Shown: one piece after another, positions 24,219-36,921 of the stretch
Position numbering within the stretch: position 1 is the stretch's first letter
Layout of the letters: each line of letters starts with the position of its first letter
Assembly: GCF_006345805.1 (NCBI RefSeq)
Contig: NW_021836849.1
Span: forward strand, 1 to 37,273
Length of the DNA stretch: 37,273 nt
Direction: 5' to 3'
From: Octopus sinensis
Lineage: Eukaryota
Translations under genes and position numbers: made by a program
Notes under the pieces: generated by a model
Database searches by the model: none
What the model saw: only the letters and a program-made list of their open reading frames with translations
What the model was told of the DNA's origin: nothing

Positions 24219-24598
24219 TAATACCCCTTATACTACATTATCATTATTAACACTATTTTGTCCACATATGGAATGATAAAAAAAGAGTTGCTTTGGCAGA
24301 AAATAGACAGAGTGCTGCATAAAATACTTTTTGGTCTTTTGCCTCACGTCTTTTTTATGTTAGCATTATTTCTGAGTTCCGATCCCATCGTGGGGCTCAC
24401 GTTGCTCTTTTAAGGTGGGAAGAAAATGAGTGAAACAGCAGTCGATTACTCATGTTGATCGACTATAAGATAGCACAAAGTAATTCATAGTTCTATACTT
24501 ATGTCAGGAAATATTAATAAATTCTAATAATAATAGATATTAAGAATAATAATTTATGGAAATAAGATTACTGAATAACAATAATAATAATAATAATA

Positions 24599-24638
<40 letters not shown>

Positions 24639-24766
24639 TCGTTATTAAATTGAATTTATTTTGTTCATATTCATAAGTTGTGGAGACAGAGGGCAAGCGA
24701 GGTTACACCAAGAATATTCCAGATGTTACGCGCAAGAAAATAAAGTTTATTTTTCGTTTTATTAAT

Positions 24767-24819
<53 letters not shown>

Positions 24820-25431
24820 TAAGGAAAAGCCAGTTTTGATTGGTGGAAAATTGAACTACGAAATATTGTTCCTTTAGGTCTAATCCGAAGACTTCATAAA
24901 AACGCAATTTCTCTAGGATTAAGTATATTGGAAGCGAAATTAAATTTGCTGCGTTGCGCCGATGCTAGCTCGGTTTTGTCTGTGAGTGTTTTTAAGAGAT
25001 ATAAAAGAATCTATTATGATGACCAAACAGAAGTGCAGCAACAACTGCAGCTGTCAAACTACACACCACAGGAAAAGCTAGATGGTTATAAAGTTTCTTT
25101 CCCAATTATGGGATCCGGTGAGGTATCACCACGCGCAGTATCTCGAGTTTTAGCTGTAGATCATAGTTCCATGTGGACCCAAGCCGCGGGAGTGAAAATG
25201 GGTAGATGAAAACTCTATGGTAGCACATGAGGAGAACTATGCCAAGTCCTCACTGACACGTTTAGTGCTACTTACCCTACCCGAGGATTGCATTAACAGT
25301 ATAAACCTCCAGTCATCCACTCATTTGTAAATATAAATATATACTCTACTAAAAGATACCGAGTAATCCTTTAGTTTAATGATGAATTGTTTATGTATAT
25401 ATATATATATATATATAATATATATATATAT

Positions 25432-25861
25432 AATGATAAATCTCAGAGCGAGTTATAAACAGTAGTAGCAACACATCGTGACGTATATTTGCCATTTGAA
25501 TATGGCTAACCTAAGGGTGGATGCTACTGTAGTTTGTAGCCCCAGGAGGACACCTCCTCCAGCTGGCTATAGACACACTTTCTGTGCCCTATCAGTATTT
25601 GCGAAGGGAAGCCATCCTTCCCGACTTCAACTTATGATACACACGGACTCGAATTTCAGGGTATTGACCCGTCATCGGCGTGTGACAATCATAGTTGTCG
25701 ATGAGAAGTCGGTTCCCTTCACAAATACATATACTTTTTCCAGTATCGAATGACACTGATATTGAAAAAGTGAAATCAAACAATGATAAATCTCAGAGCG
25801 AGTTATAAACAGTAGCAGCAACACATCGTGACGTATATTTGCCATTTGAATATGGCTAACC
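25432..25861 (-). mobile_element. 350-bp unit with 80-bp direct terminal repeats and a central hammerhead (retrozyme-like or Penelope-like pLTR)
   Basis: 25432-25511 and 25782-25861 are identical except for one base (agtagtagc/agtagcagc). The left end abuts (TA)n. Confidence 0.8.
25635..25692 (-). ncRNA. Type I hammerhead ribozyme motif with variant core CCGAUGA
   Basis: CACACG-CCGAUGA-C-GGGU(CAAU)ACCC-U-GAAA-UUCGA-GUC-CGUGUG. It has a 6-bp stem I extended past an internal loop, a 4-bp stem II, a near-palindromic stem III and a GUC triplet. Confidence 0.75.
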
Positions 25862-25924
25862 GAAAGAAGACGCACACTCCAAGATGTAGAGCAGTAAATA
25901 TTAAAAATGGGGAAAGCCGGTTTA

Positions 25925-25987
25925 TGGGATTACCTTAGGTTTTCTGTGCATAAAGGGTTTTGATTTATGACGTATCGTCAGATCCCA
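25925..25987 (-). ncRNA. Second type I hammerhead motif, imperfect
   Basis: UGGGAU-CUGACGA-...CAUAAA(loop)UUUAUG...-GAAA-A-CCUAAG-GUA-AUCCCA. Stem I is a perfect 6 bp; there is one extra A after GAAA and the base of stem II is mismatched. Confidence 0.65.
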
Positions 25988-25989
25988 AA

Positions 25990-26043
25990 ACCTGTTGGCC
26001 CATGACCTCCTCCATATTTTTAAGAGGTCATGGACCAACAGGT
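25990..26043. repeat. Terminal 20-bp hairpin
   Basis: acctgttggcccatgacctc / gaggtcatggaccaacaggt (one mismatch, 14-nt loop), abutting (TA)n. Confidence 0.9.
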
Positions 26044-26056
26044 ATATATATATACA

Positions 26057-26093
<37 letters not shown>

Positions 26094-26266
26094 GTAAATG
26101 TATATATATATACATATATATATGTGTGTATGTATATATATATATATGTGTATGCATATATGTATGTATATATATATATATGTATGTATGTACATATGCA
26201 TATATATATGTATATATACGTATGTATATACATATATATGTATGTATATGTATATATATATATATA

Positions 26267-26318
<52 letters not shown>

Positions 26319-26484
26319 ATGTATATGTATATGTATGTATATGTATGTATGTGTAGTTTTCAGTATAACCTAATGGTTTCAATAGTGCGTATATCTTCGC
26401 TAATTCAACTTATTCTCCTTATGTTTGTGGTCGGTGTTGGTTCATGCCTTTTCAGGGAAATTTTCTTTCTTTTTTTCATAATAG

Positions 26485-26700
26485 TAAGCTGCAAAATCGT
26501 TAGCATGTCGGACCAAATGCTTAACAGCATTTCTTCCGGTTATTTACGTTCTGAGTTCATATGAGGCCAAGGTCAACTTTGCCTAGCAGCCTATCTCAGG
26601 GTGGGGGTGAGAAAATAACTACAGTTCCGCACTAGTGTTTCATGCTATCGACTTCTCCCTCCGTTTAAAATTGCTGGTCTTGAGCCGTCGAAATTAGGAA
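26485..26700 (+). mobile_element. Diverged SINE family A copy
   Basis: aagctgcaaaatcgttagcatgtcggaccaaatgc...ttacgttctgagttca...ggtcaactttgcc. Confidence 0.8.
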
Positions 26701-26704
26701 GAAA

Positions 26705-26766
<62 letters not shown>

Positions 26767-27139
26767 TATTATATTATTATTATTATTATCATTATCATAA
26801 GTAGGTTTAGTGTGAGGCGAACCAAATCATAAAATGTTTTTAATTATTTATGTCCCTTATACGAACGGAGATGAAATCTCATTAATAATGCCTTCGTCTT
26901 TTCGCCCGGAGTCAACGAAATAAATAAGTATTCGAGTTGTGGATTCGTAAAGTCAACAGCCTCGTCGATTATAAATCTGTGGCATGTTGACTTTGTTGTT
27001 TCGAATCTTCATAATGTCGTTCTTCTAACTGAGGGTAGGCGTCGATGAATGATGAATAAAATACCAGTTGAATTTCTAGAGTCTATGTCGTCGGTTGTCA
27101 CCCAACTTCCAGATTCTGATCTTGAACTTTCTTTTGAAA

Positions 27140-27186
<47 letters not shown>

Positions 27187-27422
27187 TATTATTATTATTA
27201 TATTATTATTATTTATCATCATCATCATCATCATTGGTATTACATATGATATATATGGAAAGACATGATGCACTTCTCGACGAATATCACTTCATTCGAA
27301 GCAAGCATAAAAATGTCGGGAAGTTGTAGTAATAATATATATACATATATATATATATATATAATATACGTAGGTGTATATATGTATGTCTATATATGCG
27401 TACATATATGCATATATATATG

Positions 27423-27457
<35 letters not shown>

Positions 27458-27558
27458 TATGTATATATATATATTTATATACGTATATATATATGTATAT
27501 ATATACGTATATATATATACGTATATATATACGTTTATACATATATAATTATATATAT

Positions 27559-27650
<92 letters not shown>

Positions 27651-27687
27651 GCGTATATATCGGTGTGTGTTCCTCTTTCTATTGCAG

Positions 27688-27812
27688 ACCCCGATGGGTG
27701 GGGTGTCAACTTTCACCACCCCAACCAAGAAACAGCCTCTAATAATCACATATTATACAGGAAAGCCAAACTCCCGGTTTTCGGAGCTCTAGAACTTAGC
27801 ACTTTTAGCTAA
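27688..27812 (+). CDS. Candidate terminal coding exon (phase 1: [41 protein letters not shown])
   Basis: Strong acceptor ttcctctttctattgcag ending at 27687, then GC-richer unique sequence open for 40 codons, then AT-rich UTR-like sequence with AATAAA. No homology recognised. Confidence 0.3.
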
Positions 27813-28619
27813 ACACAACTACCACGAACAACCACAAATAACGTTTATAAATAATTAATTGACAATTGAACCAAGTGAAAAAATTTTTATATTAAATATT
27901 AAACACCCGCACATACATACACAGTGTAAATACAATAATAAATACAATAACAAAGAAAGAAAAACGGGGGAAAAAGAAGAAAAGAAGAGAAAAAGTAAAA
28001 GGAATTTTATAGTCCTTAACACGTGTGTATGTGTGAATGTGCGTGTGGATGTGCGTGTGTATGGCTTGGTTGTAAGTTGTTAATTGGTTTGTCGGTCGTT
28101 AGGTTTGTCGGTCAATAAGTTTATAGCCTTATCACGGCTTGACTTAGTTTCGGCTTGGAATAGGCCTTATAACTTGGCTCATCGTCGCCTGATCTGGGTT
28201 TCGGTCTTGCTTCAGATCTTGGTCTTGCTTTTGATTTTTGCCTTCATGTTGGCTTGCCTTTACGTAGTCTTGAACTTGGTGCTGCTTTTATTTGCCTTGG
28301 TTTTTACTTGTTTATTTATTTATTCATTCATTAGTTTCATTTTATTTATTTTATAATTTTTGCTTGTTTGCTTGTTTTTTTTTTTCTTTTATGTCCTGAT
28401 TTCGGTTCAGAGACAGAAACGGATGTTTCTCTCATGGGCTGGCCCTGTTTGAGGTTGAGGCAGGAATGGCATGATTGGATGCAGAGTGAGGAGGTTGTAT
28501 GTCATATGAGGGGGAACAAATGTTACTTCATCAATACCATGAATTTCAACTAATGTTTATTATTATCCTTATTATCCTTATTATTATAATTATCATTATT
28601 ATTATTATTATTATTATTA

Positions 28620-28665
<46 letters not shown>

Positions 28666-28850
28666 GGTAGCGAGCTGGCATTTCTTCTGTCTCCTTATTT
28701 TCTGACTTCAAATGCCGCCGAGGTCAGCTTTGCCTTTCAGCTTTTCGGGGTCGATAATATAACAATAAAGTACCAGACATGTTCTAAGATTGAGTAATCG
28801 ACTGGCACCTACCCCTATAACTGCTGCTCCTGGGCCAAAATTATTATTGC
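28666..28850 (+). mobile_element. SINE family A copy with internal deletion
   Basis: ggtagcgagctggc...ttcaaatgccgccgaggtcagctttgcctttc...ggggtcgata. Confidence 0.85.
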
Positions 28851-29433
28851 TATAATTCAGTTTTTAGTTTGTCGATGACAGATTTTGCAATGAACAACCA
28901 GTCACCATTATTACTTCGTTGTTTGTTATTACTTCGAGTACTTCTACTACTACCACTACTACTACCATAACCCCTGCAGTTTCTCCTATCAATAGTTCTG
29001 CAGCAACAAAAACATTCAACAGGACGTACTCAATACAATCTTGTTACTATTGCAGTCACTAATATTGCCACTGCTACCCGCACATTTAACGATAGTGTTT
29101 TAAAATTTGTTAGTCAAAAAAACACAGTCTTTGACCATACTGCGTGGCATCTTGGGCAAGCTTTTTAACTGCAGGTTTTCAAATGCCTAGTTTGTGGAAG
29201 TTGACAGACAGAGACTGAGCGCAAAGGCATCGCATAATTTTTGAATGAAAGCTCTGCGTGAAACTGCGAGTACTTATGGAGGGAACCATTTTGTTAAGAT
29301 ATATAGTCTGATTTGGGGAAATTTATCGACGAGTACAGTTTACCAATGTCAACCGCACGAAGCCTTTAGGTATGAAAAATAATCGAAGGTACGAATTATA
29401 AAACATACATTACACATTTCGAACTTAAGAGAA

Positions 29434-29490
<57 letters not shown>

Positions 29491-29492
29491 TT

Positions 29493-29544
<52 letters not shown>

Positions 29545-30183
29545 ATACATAGAGAGAGGGAGAGAGTATGTGTGTGTGTTAATTAGGATTCAAGGAAGGG
29601 AAAGGAAAACTTTTCGCGTTCGTGTGTGTTAGTGTTTAGAAAAGGAGCAAAAGAGGAAAGTGTAAAAGGAAGAAAGGAAAAAGGAGTGGTTTATTAGCGG
29701 GGAATCAGATGAGTGTGAGTCGAAACGATCGTATTTGAAACATTGAGATTAATATGATTGCTTGAAGTATTTGAAAGAAAGCAGTGAGCTTAAAATGTAG
29801 TGCTTGTACGATAAAATGTTTCGTTGGTGAAATACTTTTTGTTGTTCCAAATGATGTTGAGTGGAAAGGAAAGGTCATCTCATTGACTAATTTCAACTGT
29901 TTGGACGAATGAAAGGTTTTAAATATTTCGAGTGATTCGAGCATGTATGCAGCTAATGAAACACCAATTGTGAATGGTGATTATTTCATTTTATTTATTT
30001 ATTTATTGTTGTTGTTTATTTTTCTTCATCCTGGATTCAATTTACTTTTTATCCATCTGATGCCGATGGAAGGAACAGGCAAGTAGTGCTGATCGGTTAA
30101 ATCGTTTACACAACTCCTGCCTCCCTCCCTTATCTGTGGCCTTGTACCAAAATTAGAAAGCATTATTATTATTATTATTATTA

Positions 30184-30218
<35 letters not shown>

Positions 30219-30957
30219 GAGGAATTTTCATAATAAATTGCTGGGTAAATTACTGCCTTCATCCGACTGCTACAGTCAGTTCGGTTACGACCGGCACCTA
30301 CACCACAACCACTAACAAAAAAAACAACCACAACCATACTGTAACCACTACCACAGTCACCTTTAACACCACTAATACTAACGCTACTACTATCACAACT
30401 ACCACAACTACAGACCATCCATCCATCCGTGCACACACCCAAACAATCAACGCCATCCTCATCTGCATCATTATTGTGTCTGCTAGCGCTGTCTTCATCA
30501 CCATCAACACAATCATCATCATATAAGCACCTGTTTTTTTAACAATGTCACCTAACTCTAACCGACCCCATCCCCGTTCTTGTGGCACAAACCAGCAGCT
30601 GCGCGAACCACCACGGTCACTAATTATTGCAGGCACCACTCCCTACTAAAACTACCACTGCAACCACCACTACTACTACTACTACCATCACTACGGGGGT
30701 AGTTAGCATTAGGAAATAAACACTCCCGTTTCGCTTTTCGCGGACACCCCGAAATAAAACCTCTTGTTTTATAAAACCTCCCATTATCTTTCCTTGGATG
30801 TATTCCAAACGTGACCATTCAATTTTTAAAAAAAGCTACAAGTACTACATCACTACTTCTACTGCAATTCCCACTACTGCTTTTACTCATACCACCACTA
30901 GCAATAACACCAACACGATTGCTATGTTGAGCCTTCATAACGCGGCCAAATGTTGCA

Positions 30958-30959
<2 letters not shown>

Positions 30960-31024
<65 letters not shown>
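30960..31024. repeat. (GTA)n microsatellite
   Basis: Direct reading. Confidence 0.95.
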
Positions 31025-32133
31025 CTAGTTATTGTTTTGGTCAATTGCAATGGTCAAGAATTAAATGAATCGTTAGAAACACGACCGCAATAAACGTAAC
31101 AGCACAAATCTATCACAACAGTAAAATATGGCAACTCTTGTTTGCGCATGCGTGATCACTCTTATAAGACAATCATTTTCAAATTACACCTAACAGTCTT
31201 TAAAAACTATAAAAGCGCTGGATAATGCTGTGGTCCTTAGATAAAACAAGAAAGAAAATGGGATGTTACGGTTGGGGTGTTTGTCCTGCTCTATGACACG
31301 TGACTGCTCGTAGCAGACACCGATTTTCAAATAAGACAGGTTAATAGTATAGTTCTAGACACACCAGCCTTTCGAAACAAAATTCGACATAGTCTATTGT
31401 CAGAGATCTGCTCTATGATAGTGGTCACTCCGAGACATAGTCATTCTAATATCTGATGGCGTAGTCCTAGATATACCAAGCCTTTAAAAAAACAAAAACA
31501 GGATTTTCTATGTCCATATGTCTATGAAGAACTGACCAGGAGCTAATCAACAACGAAGCCCCTCGTTTGTTATTATGACAACTTGGATAATGTAACTCTA
31601 GACATAGCACGTTTGATTAAAATAAGGAAGACGGCATGGTCGTGAATGGAACGCCTTTGATCATATGTCTGTTCGATGCAGACCTGAGTTAAACAATAGA
31701 AAGAACAAATACTGCAACAACAACTACGGCCGTAACTACTACCACCAACATTACTACTACAACTACTACAACTAATTATGACACAGACTCCTCACTACTC
31801 TCTGCGCTCCACAATGTCTATTAAAATTAATTTTTTCTGAATTATTTCCCTTGCCTTTTTTTCCCTTCACCAATTTAATCAGTCAGCTAATGGTTGACCG
31901 CATTACTAAGAGCAATTCTTTTTTTAATATCAATTAATTAATTAATCAATACATCAAGTTTAATCGGGTCCACTACCATTTACCTACTACTTGGTGCTAC
32001 TAAGACCCCTACTTCTATTACATTATTTTCTTGTTTCTAAAAACACATCAAGACGAAATCTAGCGCCCTCTCATCACCATTTTCATTCTTCCTAAATCAA
32101 CGGTCTCATAAACAAACACACACACAACACAGA

Positions 32134-32184
<51 letters not shown>

Positions 32185-32660
32185 CAACCATTTTCCTCAT
32201 GATTCCCTAAACTATTTGCTACACAACAACCATTCAGCCATGCTTTTTGTATTTTTCGGGTTATTTTGGGGTGGGGAGGGGTCTGTCTTTCAACTTCACC
32301 CACCGTTCCTCTCTCTCTCACACACACATTCACACACACACACACACTCATAACTTAGCACATCACAACAAGCACAGCACACACATACATGCACACGCAC
32401 AACAGAAACCACACACAACCTACAATAACTAAACGCTCGTTTTTGGAACTTACCTCAAGCAGAACATTCTAAATCCCAGGTAATTATAATCATAATGACA
32501 AGGATGAATACTTGCTACACACTGCATCATTTAATAATGACATCGTGCTCCTCCTGCCAACACCAGCCACCACTATCGCCGATCTAAGTTATTGCAGTTA
32601 TCATCATCATCATCATCATCATCATCACCATGAATAACAGTCATCATCATCATTATTATT

Positions 32661-32818
32661 AAGGTGGCGAGTTAACAGATCGATTTTGCCTTTCATCCTT
32701 TCGGGGTCGATAAATCAAGTACCAGTTGAGTACTGGTGTCGATGTAATCGATTGTCCACCTCCCTCAAAATTTCAGGCCTTGTGCCTATAGCAGAAAGGA
32801 TTATTATCATTATTATTA

Positions 32819-32872
<54 letters not shown>
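32661..32872 (+). mobile_element. SINE family A copy lacking the B-box region, with (TTA)n tail
   Basis: aaggtggcgagttaacagatcg is joined directly to ttttgcctttcatcctttcggggtcgat. Confidence 0.85.
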
Positions 32873-32873
<1 letters not shown>

Positions 32874-33489
32874 GTGTTCTTCACTACGTAATAGAGCACA
32901 ACTACTTTCGTCTGTATAATAGCCGCGAATTCATATAGATCGACTACAGACATCTATGTGTCCAAAAGTTGGTCTTTGGTCCTTGTGTTTTCTGGACCTG
33001 ATACATCAGAGATTTTAAAGTTCTTATTTTAAAAAATTGTTATTATGAATCAGGCAAATCAGGATCAAATCTCAATGAAACTGCTGCTTGGTCTTGCATT
33101 TAATTTGTCGTTACGCACTAAGTTATATTTACCATTCTATTGCAAGAATTAAGACCAGTCAGTGGTACCATAGGAAAAAAGCCCCCCTCTAACTTTTCTG
33201 GCTAAATTTTAAATTACAAAAGCCGAAAAAAACTTACGTCATAAATCACAAACGAGATGACGTCATGCTACACTAAGGCAGATAACGTGGCACGCCAAGT
33301 CACGACAACTGTAAAAAGCTTCCCGAGTTTAAAATCCGTTTCTATCGAGTTTTATTCACCAAATATTTTGGACAATGTCAGATGTGGAACCAACAGTTAC
33401 ATCTTAACAAATACACAACGACGACTGGATATGGACACGAAACACACACATACACACGAATATGTCAGTGTTTGTGTATGCATATAGTT

Positions 33490-33780
33490 GTGAGCGGAAA
33501 GGTCAGAAGTTCGATACATGGCGGTGCGTTGTGTCCTTCAGCAAGACATGTTATTTCATGCTGATCCAGTTCACCTGACTGTCATAAATGAGTAACACCT
33601 ATAATTCAAAAGGAGCCATTCTTGTCACATTCTGTGTCATGTCGAATTTCAACGGAGAACTTCGTTAAGGGTACGCGTGTCTGCGGTGTGCTCAGCCACT
33701 TGTATTTCAATTTCACGAGTAAGCTGTTCTATTGATCGGATCAACTGGAGAACTCGTTGTCATAACTGACGGAGTGCCTG
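33490..33780 (+). mobile_element. SINE related to family C (shared 3' half, different 5' part)
   Basis: cttgtcacattctgtgtcatg...aagggtacgcgtgtctg...ctcagccact...ttcacgag...gatcaactgga matches the reverse complement of 23840-24000. Confidence 0.75.
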
Positions 33781-33904
33781 CCCTAAGATCCTTCAAGACG
33801 CTGCCCTTCAAAGACCCTATAACTAAGCCATAAAAATATTCAAAAGAAAATATAACTTTGTCCATTTATGATGTGGCAGTGGAGATATTTTCGACTTTCA
33901 GATC

Positions 33905-34888
33905 TTCAACAATCGTTAAAGCATTTGGAAAATGCTTTATGGGATTTGTTCCGACTTTTCAAGTTCAAATCCTGCCGAGGTCAACTTTATCTTTTCATCC
34001 TTCTGGAATCGATAAATTAAAATGCCAGTTAAACACTAAGTTAGCTGGTACCGAGTGACAGTCACTCCTTTAAAAATTGCAGTATTTTGCATTCTGAGCT
34101 CAAATCTCGCCGAGGTCAACTCTACTCGTCACCCTTTCGGAGTCGATAATATAAAGTGCCGGCCAAATACTGAGATCGATGTAATCGACTAAACCGTTCG
34201 TTTCAAATCTAGCCGTGTCCTAATTAGAAACCATGATTATTATTGTTACGCATTCAAATTCCACCGAATTCGACTTTACTTTTCATCCTTTCGGGGTCGA
34301 TAAAGTAAGTACCAGTTGAACACTGTGGTCACTTACATTGACTGGCCTCCTACCGCAAAATTTTAGGCCTTGTGTTTACAACAGAAAGTATGATGATGAT
34401 GATTATCATCATCATCATCACCATCATCAAGGCAGTGAGCTGGCATAATGGTTAGCACGTCGGGCGAAATACTTAGGGGTATTTCGTTTGCCACTTCGTT
34501 CTGAGTTCAAATTCCGCCAAGGTCAATTTTGCCTTACATCCTTTGGGGGACAATAAAATAATTACCAGTTGAATACTGGGGTCAATGTAATCGACTATCC
34601 CCTCCCCCAAATTTCAGGTTTTGTGCCAAGAATAGAAAGGATTATTATTATTACTATTAAGGTGGCGAGCTGGCAGAATCGTTTGCACGCTGGATGAAAT
34701 GCTTAGCAGTGTTTCGCCCTTCGCTACGTTCTGAGTTCAAATTCGGTCGAGGTTGGTTTTGCCTTTCATTCTTTCGGGGTCGATGAAATAAGTACCAGTG
34801 AAAAACTGGGGGTTGATGTGATCGACGAGTCCCCTCTCTCCAAATTTCAGGCCTTGTGCCTCTAGTAGAAAGGATTATTATTATTATC
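33905..34888 (+). mobile_element. Cluster of five head-to-tail SINE family A copies
   Basis: Repeated central domain at ~33980, 34110, 34270, 34520 and 34760, with full heads at 34428 and 34659. Confidence 0.9.
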
Positions 34889-35313
34889 ATTTGAATTTGT
34901 CCACATCGTCATTGTCATCAAATTAAACCATCATCATTAACATCATCATCATCACAAATATCATCATAGAAAGTTCTTCCAACACAGCAAAAAGCAGCAG
35001 CACCACCGCCCCAAACGGCACCCGCACCACCAACATTATCAACACCAAAACAGAAAAACAACCATCACCATTATCACATGTATCCTCCCACGACAACAAT
35101 CACGACCATCACCACCAACAACGACAACAACAACGATATAATGTATGCAGCATGCCACACCCCACAACCCTTGCTTCTGCATTATTTATTTGCACGAAAC
35201 GTTTGTTCGCTTATGTTGCTGAAAATCAAAGAATAAACAGAGTTTGTTGGATAACGTCCTGGCTGCTCTTCTATCTTGTACATACGTTCATGTATATATA
35301 TATGTGAATATTG

Positions 35314-35516
<203 letters not shown>

Positions 35517-35663
35517 GTATACACGTATGTGGTGTATATCAAATTCACCTAAATATTGCCAACCATACATAGCCACAATCACGCGTTTATGACACTCGCA
35601 TTAATATATATAAATTAGCATTGCATTGTCCATATTCACATATTTTCCATCACACGAAATTAC

Positions 35664-35712
<49 letters not shown>

Positions 35713-36112
35713 CGCGCGCAAACACACACATTCATTCTAGCGGTCAAATACCTAAATAAGGTTAGGTAAGGATAGTTGGTTATACAAATAGTATGTATTC
35801 CCAAATACACACATTCATATTGCATTATATATATATTGTCATAAATGTATATATAAAACTATTCTATATCAAATACCAATGTATATGTTACATATGTACC
35901 TATATATCCATATATACACACACATCATATATAGAGACATATATGTATTATACATGCATAAACGTATGCTATATATTACATCGCTTATTTATAGGCATAC
36001 ATATTCATATATGTCTTTATACGCATATAATAACATGAGCGATATTCTATGGTGTATTATAATATATATTATAGTTGTGTGTATTATATACATATATCAT
36101 AGCTGTGTGTAT

Positions 36113-36222
<110 letters not shown>

Positions 36223-36634
36223 CATATGTTGCATATACATAACTCTAAACGCCTTCGTTGAAAAGCAATGTTAAAATAAAATTATGTCCATGTCTACTAA
36301 TTGCCCTTCCATATTATTTTTTACATTCTTCCGCCATCTTCTTCGTCTTCTTTCGCATAGCTTATTATTTCTCTTCTTTTCCTTCTTTCTTTCCTTTTTT
36401 TTCCTTACATATTCCATATCAATCAAAATTAACCAACTGCATGAAAGTTCCTTAATTCTATGTTTGTTCTTTGAGCTCCGAAAATTGACCAATTTTTTTT
36501 TCACATCTATCTATCTATATATATATATATTGTTGATATTCTAAATGTATTCACATATCACACAGGTTTATATATACATGTCTAGCTCACTTTTGTTTGT
36601 GATATATTTCTATACACGAGGCACTTGTATATGT

Positions 36635-36674
<40 letters not shown>

Positions 36675-36882
36675 GTGCTCGCGCGCGCGATTATGTATGT
36701 TATATGCGTGTATGTGCACGCGCACGTTTGTTCATGCGTGCGCAAGTGTGCGTATGAATATATGAAAGTACATAAGTTCAAGTGTATTTTGACGCATAAA
36801 TATAACCTACATACATACTACATATAATTATATACACGTTTTATATAACATGTACTTATCACATAGATATCACACATACTTC

Positions 36883-36921
<39 letters not shown>

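Noticed and set aside
24880-24950. Plus-strand hammerhead CCGAAGA...GAAA
   Set aside because: No stem I and no convincing cleavage triplet.
25515-25575. Twister-like ribozyme in the 350-nt unit
   Set aside because: Only small hairpins are present; the two twister pseudoknots could not be assigned.
28084-28356. Hydrophobic 90-aa ORF resembling a membrane protein
   Set aside because: Low-complexity T-rich sequence with a non-ATG start and no splice context.
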